IMG/VR virus record: IMGVR_UViG_3300031772_000003
Location: 32,001-96,000 of that record
Reading direction: 5' to 3' (one strand)
Source of the DNA: a virus
Length of the DNA stretch: 64,000 nucleotides
Below, piece by piece: positions 1 to 9,116 of the stretch. The position numbers were made by a program, and so were the translations under genes. The notes beneath the pieces are model-generated. The model had not been told where the DNA came from. It saw nothing but the letters and a program-made list of their open reading frames with translations, and did not search any database. Numbering within the stretch: the stretch's first letter is position 1; every line of letters begins with the position of its first letter.

Positions 1-162
1 CAGAGCATACTTTAGCTGCTCCACATCCATATCGGCCTCATGGCCAGCCCGCGCAAGTCCTGTGATGCGGTTGCAGTCGACGCAGTTATGTCCACACACA
101 TAGGTAATATCGATCTCAAGGCGGTGGGGGTTAAGCCAAGCCTGCGTAGAGTATGGAATCAT
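1..162 (-). CDS. Radical SAM protein, N-terminal fragment (runs off the window edge; absent from the ORF track)
   Basis: Hand translation from ATG at 162 gives MIPYSTQAWLNPHRLEIDITYVCGHNCVDCNRITG..., with CxxxCxxC preceded by the typical EIDIT strand. The start overlaps the upstream glycosyltransferase stop (ATGA). Confidence 0.8.
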   Translation of the reverse strand, partial: MIPYSTQAWLNPHRLEIDITYVCGHNCVDCNRITGLARAGHEADMDVEQLKYAL

Positions 163-1220
163 TGTAAGACTCCCAACCACGCGGTCCGAAACACATCCAA
201 TCCCATCTCCCGCATCGCTTTAGCTCTGGCAGCCTGCCCCATGGCTACACGCTCCTTTGGGTTATCCCGCAGCCACTTGAGCCTATCTATGAATTGCTGT
301 CGGTCACCATATGGTACGAGGAAGCCCGTTATCCCGTCCTCGACTTGCTCCACGTTGCCTCCGCGGGCCTCAGAGACCACGGGGATGGCCGCGGCCATCA
401 TCTCAGCTATCGCCAGGGAATAACCCTCCACGAAATGCTCTGCATTCCTGTAAATCGCGCAGTCCATCTGCTGTAAATAGCCAAACCTGGCCGTGATCGA
501 TGGGGGTACGAAGGAGACCTTGCCTAGAAGCCCCCTGGCCCTGAACTGTTCTTTGGGGGTATCTCCCACAATGATCCCCCGAGTGGCCGTTGATATGACA
601 GACTCGAATATCTCTGCGAGGTCACTGGGGTACTTCTCGGGCAGATCACTGCCGTAACGTCCAATGACGCATGACCCGAGCCGTGCAGGATCATCCTGGG
701 CAAGCTTAGTGGCTGTGATTGAGCCCACATCGACACAGCCATGTATGAGCGTTGCTTTGTCCCGAAGGGGGGGCGGGAGGGTCTGCAGTCCCGCAGCACA
801 GACACAAACATGGTTGTGCATGCCAGCTACCCAACCCGGCCTGGGGTTGTGGTAAACCGCTGTGTACTTGGGCCCAGGAGTAGAAAGCCTTGATGGGATA
901 CGGCTCAAGTCGTTCCACGCATGGTTGACTACGGCATCGGGCCGAAGACTCGCCACATGAGCACAGACACAGTGGTCCCTGGCTTGGTACACCTTAGCTC
1001 CTGCTTGAAGCAGGGCTTGGCGCATGGTCTCATCGGTCCAGTTGCTGTCGATGATGATATGGTGGTCCCACTCATAGAGTGCCCTTACCATGTGGGCGAC
1101 GTAACTCTCGGCTCCACCGATGACTAGGAATTGAAGGTAATGGAGGCAGATACCACCGGTTCCCCGTTGAGTGGAGCGCTCCCGCCACGATTCATCCCAT
1201 TGGGGCCAGGGGGCATTCAC
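159..1220 (-). CDS. Glycosyltransferase, GT-B fold (GT4-like)
   Basis: N-terminal GGAE motif; C-terminal EGYSLAIAEMMAAAIPVV...GGNVEQVEDGITGFLV signature. Confidence 0.9.
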   Translation of the reverse strand: MNAPWPQWDESWRERSTQRGTGGICLHYLQFLVIGGAESYVAHMVRALYEWDHHIIIDSNWTDETMRQALLQAGAKVYQARDHCVCAHVASLRPDAVVNHAWNDLSRIPSRLSTPGPKYTAVYHNPRPGWVAGMHNHVCVCAAGLQTLPPPLRDKATLIHGCVDVGSITATKLAQDDPARLGSCVIGRYGSDLPEKYPSDLAEIFESVISTATRGIIVGDTPKEQFRARGLLGKVSFVPPSITARFGYLQQMDCAIYRNAEHFVEGYSLAIAEMMAAAIPVVSEARGGNVEQVEDGITGFLVPYGDRQQFIDRLKWLRDNPKERVAMGQAARAKAMREMGLDVFRTAWLGVLQ

Positions 1221-3395
1221 CTACCATCTCCTCGCAGTCTCGGCATACCAACTCCCCATTTCCACATCCAAGACAAAATCGAAATACTTGAGGTACTGTG
1301 GGATCACGGCGTCGATGGAGTAGAGCCTGATGGCCCGCTCTCGTATGTAGATGGGGTCAAGCTCGGGGACATGGAGGAGGGCGTAACTGAACTCCGACAT
1401 GGTACGGCACCGGAAACCGGTCTTGCCGGGCTCGACTACCTCACTGAAGCTCCCCCAGTCTGTGGATATTACCGGCACCCCTGCCATTTGGCTCTCCGCA
1501 GCCACGAGACAGAACGGTTCCTGGTAGATTGATGGGGTGAAAACAGCGATGGCATTTGCGATCACCTTAGCTTTTTCTGCCCCTACGAGCCCATCATGGT
1601 ATGCCCTAAGCTTAACTTTGTGCTTGTCACAGACCTGTTGGGCAATGTACTCGCCTTTATCGACGTTGTTGCGCCCAATGAACAGGGCGTAATCCCCGGT
1701 TTTGTGTTCCGCTGGTGGGTAGTCACTGGGATCGAGGAAGTGGGGAATCACGGTGTCGAACCACTTGTAGCGCTCCGTTCGTCCGGGGTCTGTGGCATAA
1801 AGGATGGTCTGCTGGGCATAGCTTGGAAAGACCTTGTACGTGGCCCAGACCGAGGGGTAACCGGCCAGCACCTCGATGATAGGTGGCATGGCATAGGAGT
1901 GGACCCCTGCATGGGCCCAACCGTAAGTGGACGCCGCGATCTGCCGCCAGTTTTGGGCGTGGCTTACACCCATTGCGAACGCCGCGGAAAGCCGCTTGGT
2001 GTACTCCTCATGCCATTCATTGTTCCATGCCCATGTGCTTGCTGTTGGCAATCCGAGGCTCACGAATTGCCCCCCCTCCGGCACTTTAGATCCCTCAATG
2101 CCGTAGTAGGAGTAGGGAACGTGGGCGCGGGAGAGGAGGCGGCAGAACAGGGCGGCGCAAGCAAGTTGGGCGTCACTGGGGGCCGCCAGGATGTCCAGTG
2201 GAAGCGTAGGGTGCCCAAAAACATGGACGGATAGTGGAGGGGTTGCGGTTAGATGTGTAGTTACGGATATGCTACCCGAGATTTCACTTCTGCCTCCTTG
2301 CTGGTACGCAATGGGGGGTTGGGTTGCATATTTCTCTACTCCCACAAGCCTGCACAAACAAGCATCGTTGATGGCTCTGGGCTGGGCCTCCTCCCATTCC
2401 CGCAGCACGGCCTCGTATGCTCCCTGGAACACGATGTAGGCAATACCACCCATAAAGCCCTGCCCCTTGATGAGATGGGTGGAATACTGCTGCTGATTGC
2501 CGCGATTGAAACCACCGAGGTAAAGCAGACCAGCCGTTGCTGGGGCCTCTGCGAGGGCCTGGGGGATTACGGCCACGGCCTCTGGGGTGAAAGCCGCGTC
2601 GTCCTCCAACACCAGGACCGCGGGGTATCCTCGGCGCTGAGCTTCACGGACGACCCCGATGTGGGAGAGCAAACAACCGTACATCCCAGCCCTGGTTGCT
2701 CCACCCTGCCGGGGTGGATCGAAGCCAGAGGGTACATCGGCATCCTCGATGATGATGCCTGGGAAGCGCTCCAAGGTGAGGAGCGGCCCTACGGTATCTC
2801 GAACCCTGGCTAGGAAGGAATCTTTACGGTCGGGGCTGCGAGCAAGATTGATGTAGAACGCTGGTAGGGGACATCGGACCCCACACTTCGGCAGCTTCCC
2901 ATGAGGATAAAGCCAGATGAGCGAATTGCGGCGCTCAAACTGCAGGCCAGTCTCGGTGACGGTCTTTATAACCCCCACGAACCCTAAGATGTAATCATGG
3001 AATACAGCAACGCCACCGGGGGCCACAAGCGCCGTCCACCTCTCGTAGTCGGCTTTGCAGGCAGCATAGTGGTGGTCGGCATCGATGAGAAGGAGGGCAA
3101 TCGGCCCTGTGGGAAGCGGAACTTCCTGAGTCTTGCCGCAAAGTGCTTGGATATTGTGGTAGGGGGCCGTGGTGTCTTGGAACTCCATGAGTTGGTTGGG
3201 TCTCTCTATATTATCAAATGTGTCCACTGCGATGATGATGCGCTCAGGGGCGGTCTGGGCCAGCATGACCGTGGTTCGCCCAAGGAAGCAACCCAACTCC
3301 ACGATGCACCCTGGGATGTCCTTTACCCCCTCCACGAGTTGGAGAAGTTGCTCGATCTCATCGGGGGCCAAGCTCCACATCACGTCATCTGCCAC
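1221..3395 (-). CDS. Three-domain protein: class I SAM methyltransferase + GT25-like + GT4-like glycosyltransferase
   Basis: VELGCFLGRT, IDADHHY and VFHDY (Methyltransf_24-like); YINLARSPDRK...GCLLSH...LVLEDDA (GT25); EPFCLVAAESQMAGVPVISTDWG (GT4). Confidence 0.85.
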   Translation of the reverse strand: MADDVMWSLAPDEIEQLLQLVEGVKDIPGCIVELGCFLGRTTVMLAQTAPERIIIAVDTFDNIERPNQLMEFQDTTAPYHNIQALCGKTQEVPLPTGPIALLLIDADHHYAACKADYERWTALVAPGGVAVFHDYILGFVGVIKTVTETGLQFERRNSLIWLYPHGKLPKCGVRCPLPAFYINLARSPDRKDSFLARVRDTVGPLLTLERFPGIIIEDADVPSGFDPPRQGGATRAGMYGCLLSHIGVVREAQRRGYPAVLVLEDDAAFTPEAVAVIPQALAEAPATAGLLYLGGFNRGNQQQYSTHLIKGQGFMGGIAYIVFQGAYEAVLREWEEAQPRAINDACLCRLVGVEKYATQPPIAYQQGGRSEISGSISVTTHLTATPPLSVHVFGHPTLPLDILAAPSDAQLACAALFCRLLSRAHVPYSYYGIEGSKVPEGGQFVSLGLPTASTWAWNNEWHEEYTKRLSAAFAMGVSHAQNWRQIAASTYGWAHAGVHSYAMPPIIEVLAGYPSVWATYKVFPSYAQQTILYATDPGRTERYKWFDTVIPHFLDPSDYPPAEHKTGDYALFIGRNNVDKGEYIAQQVCDKHKVKLRAYHDGLVGAEKAKVIANAIAVFTPSIYQEPFCLVAAESQMAGVPVISTDWGSFSEVVEPGKTGFRCRTMSEFSYALLHVPELDPIYIRERAIRLYSIDAVIPQYLKYFDFVLDVEMGSWYAETARRW

Positions 3396-3433
3396 GACAT
3401 GTCTCCTCTACATTCCCTCTAACAGTCGTTGCC

Positions 3434-5053
3434 TCACTTGGCACCATGTTCTCGGAACGAAGCCCAAAAGTCCAAGTAACGCTGGGCCTCTTTGGGTGTG
3501 TATTCTACAAACCTGCCCTCTGCTCCCAAACGGACGCCGCAGAGAAGAACAAGTAGGGCTGGCCGGCTTGCGGCTGCGCCCCACGCGAGAGTGATCTCGC
3601 CTCCACGGACTTCACACCCTGGGATTCCGTCACACCACTCCGTAGGCTGGACACTCACGACTCGGATCGTCCCAGGCACACATGCTTCTACGAAGAGAGG
3701 GTCAATGGCTGCCCGCACCGAACCGCTCGGGACCGTCATGACCTCCATGAACCGCGACTCCGGCATCTCCATAGGGGTCAAAGCGCGCAACCGCCCACCG
3801 AGCCGCATTACATAAGGACCCTTATCACCCTTTGGACCACTAGGCCCGGATGGGCCGGATGGACCGGAGGGTCCGCTAGGACCCGAGGGTCCTGACAAAC
3901 CGGAGGGTCCGCTGGGACCCGATGGGCCGGATGGACCGGAGGGTCCGCTAGGACCCGAGGGTCCTGACAAACCGGAGGGTCCGCTAGGACCCGAGGGTCC
4001 TGACAAACCGGAGGGTCCGCTAGGACCCGAAGGCCCGGATGGACCCTCGGGTCCTGACAAACCGGAGGGTCCGCTAGGACCCTCCGGCCCGGCTGGGCCG
4101 GATGGGCCGGGTGGCCCAACCTGCTTCCCTACCGCCTCGCAGCTTATTTGGCATGTCTGCGCTTGGCAGGCCCATACTTGGCATGCGTTCTCACAGGCAA
4201 AAGTGCATGATGCGGCTTGGCATGCGGCTTCGCACACGGCTTGGCATCGGATGATGCACTGGGTCTGGCACGTCTGCTCCACTATGGTCTGACAGACCAA
4301 CTGGCAGAATGCACCCTCGCAACCCAACTGACAGTATCCCTGGCAGTTGGCTTGGCATGCAGTAATACAATCGATGGTCACGGCTAGGGTAGTGAGGATT
4401 GGCCCATGTGTGTCGGTGAAGCTGCCCGAGACAGAACTGCCCAACAGCGTCTCGGTCGGGACCGGGATCGTCGTCGGCAACTCGCTAAGCCACTGCCAGC
4501 ACCGCAGAATGACGTGGATGGGCCGGACCGATTCGATGGCCGTGACTTTTTCCCTGGCATCGGCGACGGGCAGGTACGCGGGGAGGCCCGCGACCATCCT
4601 GTAAAGATCGAAACGGGCGGCGCGCAGTGTATGGGCGTAGTCCAGAGTGCGGGAGTAGTCCCCATCCTCGTGGAGCGTAGTCTTGTAGAGTTCCCATGCC
4701 TTGATGCGGTCGTTGAGGCTCCACAAGAACGTCTTGTCCCAGGAGGGGTGCGTCCCCTTGATCTTGTAGAAGTAGGTCACGTTCTTGAGGAACCAGCGGC
4801 GGAAATCCTCCGCCTTCTCACTACCTGTGAGGGCTCCGATGAGGTAGGAGAGGTAGAGGATGTACTTGGCATCGCAGTAGTCGGGGTCGAAACACTTGAG
4901 CAGGAGTTGGCCGATCTCTGTGTTTGTAGTCTCAAACTCGGTCTGGATCGCGTCGAGGACGCGCTCCAGGTTGCCGGTTTCCCCAAAGCCGCCAGCCGCA
5001 AATTTGTCTCTGGCACGGATCACTTCAGGCAAAAGGCGATATAGACTAACCAC
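3434..5053 (-). CDS. Baseplate wedge/tail protein (P2 gpI-like N-terminus) with CXXX repeat, collagen-like region and C-terminal domain
   Basis: LYRLLPE..R..D, FDPD.C...YL.YL...G, YKIKGT and RPIHV motifs; located downstream of baseplate J; 18-Cys repeat; about 34 Gly-X-Y triplets. Confidence 0.75.
   Translation of the reverse strand: MVSLYRLLPEVIRARDKFAAGGFGETGNLERVLDAIQTEFETTNTEIGQLLLKCFDPDYCDAKYILYLSYLIGALTGSEKAEDFRRWFLKNVTYFYKIKGTHPSWDKTFLWSLNDRIKAWELYKTTLHEDGDYSRTLDYAHTLRAARFDLYRMVAGLPAYLPVADAREKVTAIESVRPIHVILRCWQWLSELPTTIPVPTETLLGSSVSGSFTDTHGPILTTLAVTIDCITACQANCQGYCQLGCEGAFCQLVCQTIVEQTCQTQCIIRCQAVCEAACQAASCTFACENACQVWACQAQTCQISCEAVGKQVGPPGPSGPAGPEGPSGPSGLSGPEGPSGPSGPSGPSGLSGPSGPSGPSGLSGPSGPSGPSGPSGPSGPSGPSGLSGPSGPSGPSGPSGPSGPSGPKGDKGPYVMRLGGRLRALTPMEMPESRFMEVMTVPSGSVRAAIDPLFVEACVPGTIRVVSVQPTEWCDGIPGCEVRGGEITLAWGAAASRPALLVLLCGVRLGAEGRFVEYTPKEAQRYLDFWASFREHGAK
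3812..4117 (-). repeat. Collagen-like (Gly-Pro-Ser)n coding repeat, about 34 triplets
   Basis: [21 protein letters not shown]...GPKGDKGPY, with near-identical nucleotide blocks such as gggtcctgacaaaccggagggtccgctaggaccc. Confidence 0.95.
4139..4369 (-). repeat. CXXX cysteine repeat (18 Cys in 77 aa)
   Basis: [26 protein letters not shown]...[10 protein letters not shown]. Confidence 0.95.
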
Positions 5054-5071
5054 GACTCTGTACCCCTACAG

Positions 5072-6022
5072 TTACGGAAATACGGGCGTGGTTTGGGTCA
5101 TTTTTTGACATGTGAGTTGACACGATTGGTTACACGTAGAAGTGCAGGACGCTTCGCACCCAGTCATACACCCCCCGGGGGCTCCGGTGCATGCGATTTG
5201 GCACGATACGGTGCAAGCACCCGTGGTGCAGGAGATCATGCAATAATTCGTGCAATTCCCCTGACATGAACACTGACAGAACCCCACGCAGGTCGTCGTG
5301 ATCTCCAAGCCACGGGCCCCACAAGCATCGGGGAACACGGGATCGAACCAGATACCGGCGTCGTTGGGGCTGGTGGCCGTGTCCACGAACGAGCCGCTCA
5401 CGCTCTGTATATCCAGGGGATCGCCGGCGTAATCCGTGTCCGAGGGGACGGGCACCGTAGTCGTAGGGACCTCCGTGGTTCCACCAGGCTTCCGGATGAG
5501 GACGTGGATGGGCCTGAAGGGCTCGGCCACGCCTCCAACGTCCACGCCCTGGTCCCCAGTGGTCATGCTGGGGGTACGGACATCGACCCTGGCCGCCTTT
5601 ATGGTGTGGGCGTAATCGGTGTAGAGCGAGTAGTCGCTCTCCTCATGCAGCTTGGTCTTCCAGAGTTCCCAGGGGAAGTGGTTGATGAAGCCGTGGCACC
5701 TGAGCATCGCCTCCCAGGACGGGCGAGTGGCCTTGATGTGCCACAACAACCCGATAGTCTTGAGGAAGACTCGGCGCTTCGCCGTGGACCAAGTCTTGCT
5801 CGTGCCGAGCCCGAGCAGCTGGCCCATCAAGGCAATGTAGGTGGGGTCAACGGTATCAGGGTCGCGTAAGGTCTTAAGATCCGTGATCTCGGTGGTTGTG
5901 GCTTCTAGTTCCTGCTCCAGCGACTCCACGATCTTCTGGAGTGTACCGATGCTCTCCCCACCCCGCGCCGCGGCGTCGTAGGTCCTCACGACCTCGGGCA
6001 GGAGCCGGTAGAGACCTAACAC
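5072..6022 (-). CDS. Second P2 gpI-like baseplate wedge paralogue with C-terminal CXXX repeat
   Basis: Paralogous to 3434-5053 ([27 protein letters not shown]...DYAHT..AAR, RPIHV, VSGSF.DT); 16 Cys at 5108-5290. Confidence 0.75.
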   Translation of the reverse strand: MLGLYRLLPEVVRTYDAAARGGESIGTLQKIVESLEQELEATTTEITDLKTLRDPDTVDPTYIALMGQLLGLGTSKTWSTAKRRVFLKTIGLLWHIKATRPSWEAMLRCHGFINHFPWELWKTKLHEESDYSLYTDYAHTIKAARVDVRTPSMTTGDQGVDVGGVAEPFRPIHVLIRKPGGTTEVPTTTVPVPSDTDYAGDPLDIQSVSGSFVDTATSPNDAGIWFDPVFPDACGARGLEITTTCVGFCQCSCQGNCTNYCMISCTTGACTVSCQIACTGAPGGCMTGCEASCTSTCNQSCQLTCQKMTQTTPVFP

Positions 6023-6031
6023 GAGCGGCTC

Positions 6032-8686
6032 CTACGTTGCAGCGGCGATGGTGGTAACGGCGATGGTGCCGGGGACCAGAAGCTGATCGGGGCCCAGTGG
6101 CACGTCCTCCGATGGGGTGCGGAGCAACTGCCTGTAGGTGCTGTAGATTTTCGTTCCCGCGGCGGGCACGACGGCGAAGGTGAACTTATAGGCCCCTGTA
6201 TCGTAGTTGATGTAATTCGTACCCGGGGCTACGTCCCCGATCAAGACGCCGTAGCCGTCGTCCACGACGGTTTGCGAGCCCGTCGTGAAGGCGATGCCAC
6301 CAATGGCCAGGATGTCATCGTGGGGGACGATGGGTGGGAACTTGACGGAGCCCTCGACCTCACCCGTGGTCCCATCCATGACTGCCTCCTGCCCGCCCCG
6401 CTGGTAATCGATGAGGTGGCGGAACTCCGCGTTGACCGTTTCGCCCAGCGCTGGGGCACCCGAGAACGTCACATCCACGGCACCCGTCTCGTAATCGATG
6501 GTGTTGGCCCCAGCGGGATCGACGCTCCCGACCAGGAGGCCGTCGCCGTCATCAATGACTACCAAGGTCCCAGCGTCGATCCTCACGGTTCCGGGGATGA
6601 TCGTGAGGTAACGGGTGATGGGGGGGGTGAATGGGAAATTAGTGGCCACGCCGTCACCCGTGGCCACGGTGGACTCAGTTTTGACCGAGGCGGTCATGAC
6701 GTTGATCAATCCATGAGCGACGCCGGCGCTGTCCTGAATCGCGTTGTAGGCCCTGGACAGGTGGAAGTCATCGCCGGGCTCGTAGTCATCGAGCAGGTTC
6801 CTGACTGCCACAGCGACGTTAGTGGAAACCTCGGTGGCGGCGAAGTCGCTCATCAACTGGACCTCGATGCTGAGATCGAGGTAGACGATGATGCCGTCGA
6901 CCACCTCTACGTCGGTACAAATGACCCGGATCGCGCCCTGTCCGTTGTTCATGAAGTAGTTGTACAGCGCGGCCTTGAGGCCCGCGGACGGAGCCACGAT
7001 GGCTCCGGCGTAATCACGGGCCCAAATCGCGGCGCAAACCATATTGTACTCCGGGACCTCCTGCTTCAACCAGCACGACACGAATGCAGGGGCCCCGTAC
7101 ACGGGGTCGCGGAACGCATTGGCCAGGGCATTGAAGTCCGCCCGGGTCACGGCCCTGCCGTTGGCACTGACCCACGGCGGAATCCAGCGGCGGGCATGCT
7201 CTAGGGTCTCCCGGTCGAGCCCGCCGCTGCCCGGCTCCTCGTTCAGGAGATCCATTGGGATCGCCTGGGGCGGCGCGACGCCGTCGAGCCAGCCCGTGAC
7301 CGCGGTGTCGATGGCCCCGATGGGGACGTTGCCGACGAGACCGCCGCCTACACGGTAGGACACGGTGATCGCGGCCCCGTTGGGAGGCAGAGCACCACAA
7401 TCGCCGTCCCCGAATTGGATGTAGCCGTAGTCGTCGTCGTCATAGTCAATGGCGTAGACCTTAGCGGTCCCGTCGCTATAGATCAGCGACTCCACTTCGG
7501 TCCAGTCCACCCCCGCAACCCTTACGACCAGCGAGCCGTCTACGACCTCGGGCACGGTGAGCTTGAACTTCTGCCACGCCGCTCCATCGGAGGTGAAAGC
7601 ATCGGCCTGATCGAGACCCTCCACAAAGGTCAGTAAGGCCGTGAGGTCACCTGCGGGTATCCGCTGGTCCACGACGGTACGGAACGTCACGTCCCCCGTG
7701 GCTGATACCGTGGTGCCGCTGGGCAAAATCGTGTCGTTGGTCTGGACCGACCCGATCGTGGCCTTCACGCGCACTGCCGCCGCTGAGGCGGGCCGGAGCT
7801 TATACCCGACGAGCTTGCCGAGATTGACGATGCTCTCGCGGTGCTGCAATGTGGGGAGGAAGCCTTCGTTGGCGGTGTAGTCGAGGAAATAGCTTAACTG
7901 ATCTGTGCAGTTGTGCAGGAAACACCCCACCGAGAGGCCAAAGTTATGGGGCCCCTCAAGGATGCTGATGTCATATACATCCTCACGCTCTTGGAGTGCC
8001 CGCACAGAAACGATTTTGTGGTTAGCTTGGGCGAGTCGGGCCTTCACAGTGTCCTTCGAGCAAGACAACTGCCGGCTGATCTCTGGAACCGACAGTCCCT
8101 CCTGGCGAAGCCTGATCACGTCTGCTGGCAGGTGGTGGACAATTTCAGACCTCTCCCCAGGAGCGCAGAGGTTATGGGTTCCGACCCACCGCCCTGTTGC
8201 AGGGTTCTTGGTCTGTTCATAACCACGACCAGACTGCCGCCGGTACAGGGGCATCAGGCTGTCCCCCTGCTGAAGTTCGCAGGCTGGTTTATAGGTGCTG
8301 TCACGCATGAGCCACAGGTGGTTAGGTGTGCAGCGGACAGACTTCCCATTGTCAAGAGTGACCTCGACAAGTTCTGCGTCCTGCCGCGTTAGTTTGGCCT
8401 CCGCCAAAGCAGGGACGATATTCTGGCTTTGCTCATCTGCGGCATAGACCCAGAATGGCTCTCGACCTACTAGGTCCTTGATCTCTGCCTCTGCCCCATC
8501 AAGCAGAGGAATCTTTGTCTCCCCTACTACGCAATAGGCAGTGAGCTCTAGCAACGCCATGCCGATGCTGGAGGCGTACAGATCCTGCCAATCACTCGGG
8601 AACCGCGCCTTGATGTGGGAGATGAGCAGGGCCCGAATCGTTGAATAGTCCCTACCCGTGTAGTTGATCGCTGGCAATTGTGCCAT
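6032..8686 (-). CDS. Baseplate wedge protein (baseplate J / T4 gp6-like), intein-containing
   Basis: NYTGRDY...ELTAY/.DQLSYFLD..ANE.FL.T, YIQFGDG..G..P, YRVGGG..GNV, GG.DRET and RAVT..DF motifs; follows the gp25-like gene. Confidence 0.9.
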   Translation of the reverse strand: MAQLPAINYTGRDYSTIRALLISHIKARFPSDWQDLYASSIGMALLELTAYCVVGETKIPLLDGAEAEIKDLVGREPFWVYAADEQSQNIVPALAEAKLTRQDAELVEVTLDNGKSVRCTPNHLWLMRDSTYKPACELQQGDSLMPLYRRQSGRGYEQTKNPATGRWVGTHNLCAPGERSEIVHHLPADVIRLRQEGLSVPEISRQLSCSKDTVKARLAQANHKIVSVRALQEREDVYDISILEGPHNFGLSVGCFLHNCTDQLSYFLDYTANEGFLPTLQHRESIVNLGKLVGYKLRPASAAAVRVKATIGSVQTNDTILPSGTTVSATGDVTFRTVVDQRIPAGDLTALLTFVEGLDQADAFTSDGAAWQKFKLTVPEVVDGSLVVRVAGVDWTEVESLIYSDGTAKVYAIDYDDDDYGYIQFGDGDCGALPPNGAAITVSYRVGGGLVGNVPIGAIDTAVTGWLDGVAPPQAIPMDLLNEEPGSGGLDRETLEHARRWIPPWVSANGRAVTRADFNALANAFRDPVYGAPAFVSCWLKQEVPEYNMVCAAIWARDYAGAIVAPSAGLKAALYNYFMNNGQGAIRVICTDVEVVDGIIVYLDLSIEVQLMSDFAATEVSTNVAVAVRNLLDDYEPGDDFHLSRAYNAIQDSAGVAHGLINVMTASVKTESTVATGDGVATNFPFTPPITRYLTIIPGTVRIDAGTLVVIDDGDGLLVGSVDPAGANTIDYETGAVDVTFSGAPALGETVNAEFRHLIDYQRGGQEAVMDGTTGEVEGSVKFPPIVPHDDILAIGGIAFTTGSQTVVDDGYGVLIGDVAPGTNYINYDTGAYKFTFAVVPAAGTKIYSTYRQLLRTPSEDVPLGPDQLLVPGTIAVTTIAAAT
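7910..8533 (-). mobile_element. Intein (208 aa) with a degenerate homing-endonuclease/HTH insert
   Basis: Starts CVVGETKIPLLDG (block A); CTPNHLWL (block B TxxH); EDVYDISI...HNF (block F); ends FLHN followed by +1 Cys. Excision restores ELTAY-CTDQLSYFLD. Confidence 0.92.
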
Positions 8687-9114
8687 CAGGGTGTTCCTCC
8701 TTGCGCGTAGTAGCTGGGGCTCAACGCGATGTCCACGACATCCACCGCGTCTGCCATTGGGTCCTTCACGTTCTTCGTGATGACTTGGATGTTGAGTTGG
8801 TCCCCATCCCTGACGGCCTTCAGGTCGACAAAGGCGATCCGGGGATCGGGCACGTCGTACTCGTTGGTCTCGTAGGTCATTATGGCCTGCTGGACCTCCG
8901 TGCGCGCCGCCGCAACGAGCCGGGCGTCGTTGGGCTCATGGACCATGTCCGGAAGCGACGTGCCGAAGTCCGGCCTCATGCGGCGCTCGCGCTTCCGGGT
9001 CAGCAAGATCCAGAAGACGCTGCTGCGCAGTACCTCTTTGTCGTCTTTGGATGAGACGAGGGTCTGGACCGCGGGGCCCCACGGCAACGACATGCCGCAC
9101 CATATTCGAGGCAT
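8686..9114 (-). CDS. Baseplate wedge subunit, GPW/gp25 family
   Basis: ILLTRKRERRMRPDFGTSL...EP...PRI signature. Confidence 0.9.
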   Translation of the reverse strand: MPRIWCGMSLPWGPAVQTLVSSKDDKEVLRSSVFWILLTRKRERRMRPDFGTSLPDMVHEPNDARLVAAARTEVQQAIMTYETNEYDVPDPRIAFVDLKAVRDGDQLNIQVITKNVKDPMADAVDVVDIALSPSYYAQGGTP

Positions 9115-9116
9115 AA

